Shown: one piece after another, positions 63,651 to 64,000 of the stretch
How positions within the stretch are numbered: the first letter of the stretch is position 1
Layout: the number at the start of each line of letters is the position of its first letter
Origin: Geosiphon pyriformis uo1
Lineage: Eukaryota > Fungi > Glomeromycota
Length of the DNA stretch: 64,000 nt
Direction of reading: 5' to 3'
Assembly (NCBI GenBank): GCA_016748015.1
Contig: JAAOMT010000181.1
Span: 69,784-133,783, forward strand
Translations under genes and position numbers: made by a program
Notes under the pieces: generated by a model
Database searches by the model: none
Told to the model about the DNA's origin: nothing
Seen by the model: only the letters and a program-made list of their open reading frames with translations

Positions 63651-64000
63651 CTGTTTATTGACTGCTGCATTACTAAGCAGAAATGGTGATTCATTTGCCT
63701 CAAATTCAAATGGAAATATATCTGACAGATTAGCATTTTGGGCAATTTGAGCTGGGGGAATGGTGTGGTTGGAAAAGTTTGATCTTGGTGCTGCAATTTC
63801 ACTTTCAGAAAGTGTAGTTTGTTGAAAATCTGATTCCTCTGGTATTGTAAGATAACTGGGTTGAATGTGATAGTGATTGGGTCTTTGCTGGCCTGAATTT
63901 CAGGGAACCAACTGGTTATTTAGATTGATTCTGTTGTGGTTATTCTGCAATTGATTTTGGGGTGTGGATTGGTTATATTGAACTAATCTTCTTGCTGGTA

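Larger units (their letters stand above)
57308..64000 (-). mobile_element. Gypsy copy H, least mutated, extends past the window end; inserted in the protease of I
   Basis: 3' LTR 57308..58323 and PPT GAGGAGGAGATTA, followed by ORF3, integrase, RNase H/RT, dUTPase, Cys-rich domain, protease and the gag C-terminus. Assembly gaps at 58818-58841 and 61683-61875. Confidence 0.95.

Overview
Eukaryotic, fungal-style genomic DNA. A Glomeromycotina/Mucoromycota origin is my inference from intron size and protein style, not verified. The first ~2.8 kb is CpG-rich and holds two convergent, intron-containing ribosome-biogenesis genes: SLX9-like on +, and YBL028C/DUF2423/LLPH-like on -. The second has a dual-coding intron. 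The remaining ~61 kb is a nested retrotransposon block. It contains six copies (A-F) of a LINE family (ORF1 with RRM-like modules and a CCHC knuckle; ORF2 APE-RT-RNase H-Zn), three copies (G, I, H) of an unusual Ty3/Gypsy-type LTR element and a solo LTR. The Gypsy elements carry an unrecognised multi-Cys domain and a dUTPase between protease and RT. Their integrase is a separate cistron behind a G-poor CAA-rich spacer, and a third non-env ORF runs into the PPT/LTR. All TE copies are degraded mostly by C>T/G>A transitions in many dinucleotide contexts, with few indels, and the oldest are extremely AT-rich. This is a RIP-like hypermutation signature. Target-site duplications and interruption points allow much of the insertion order to be reconstructed.
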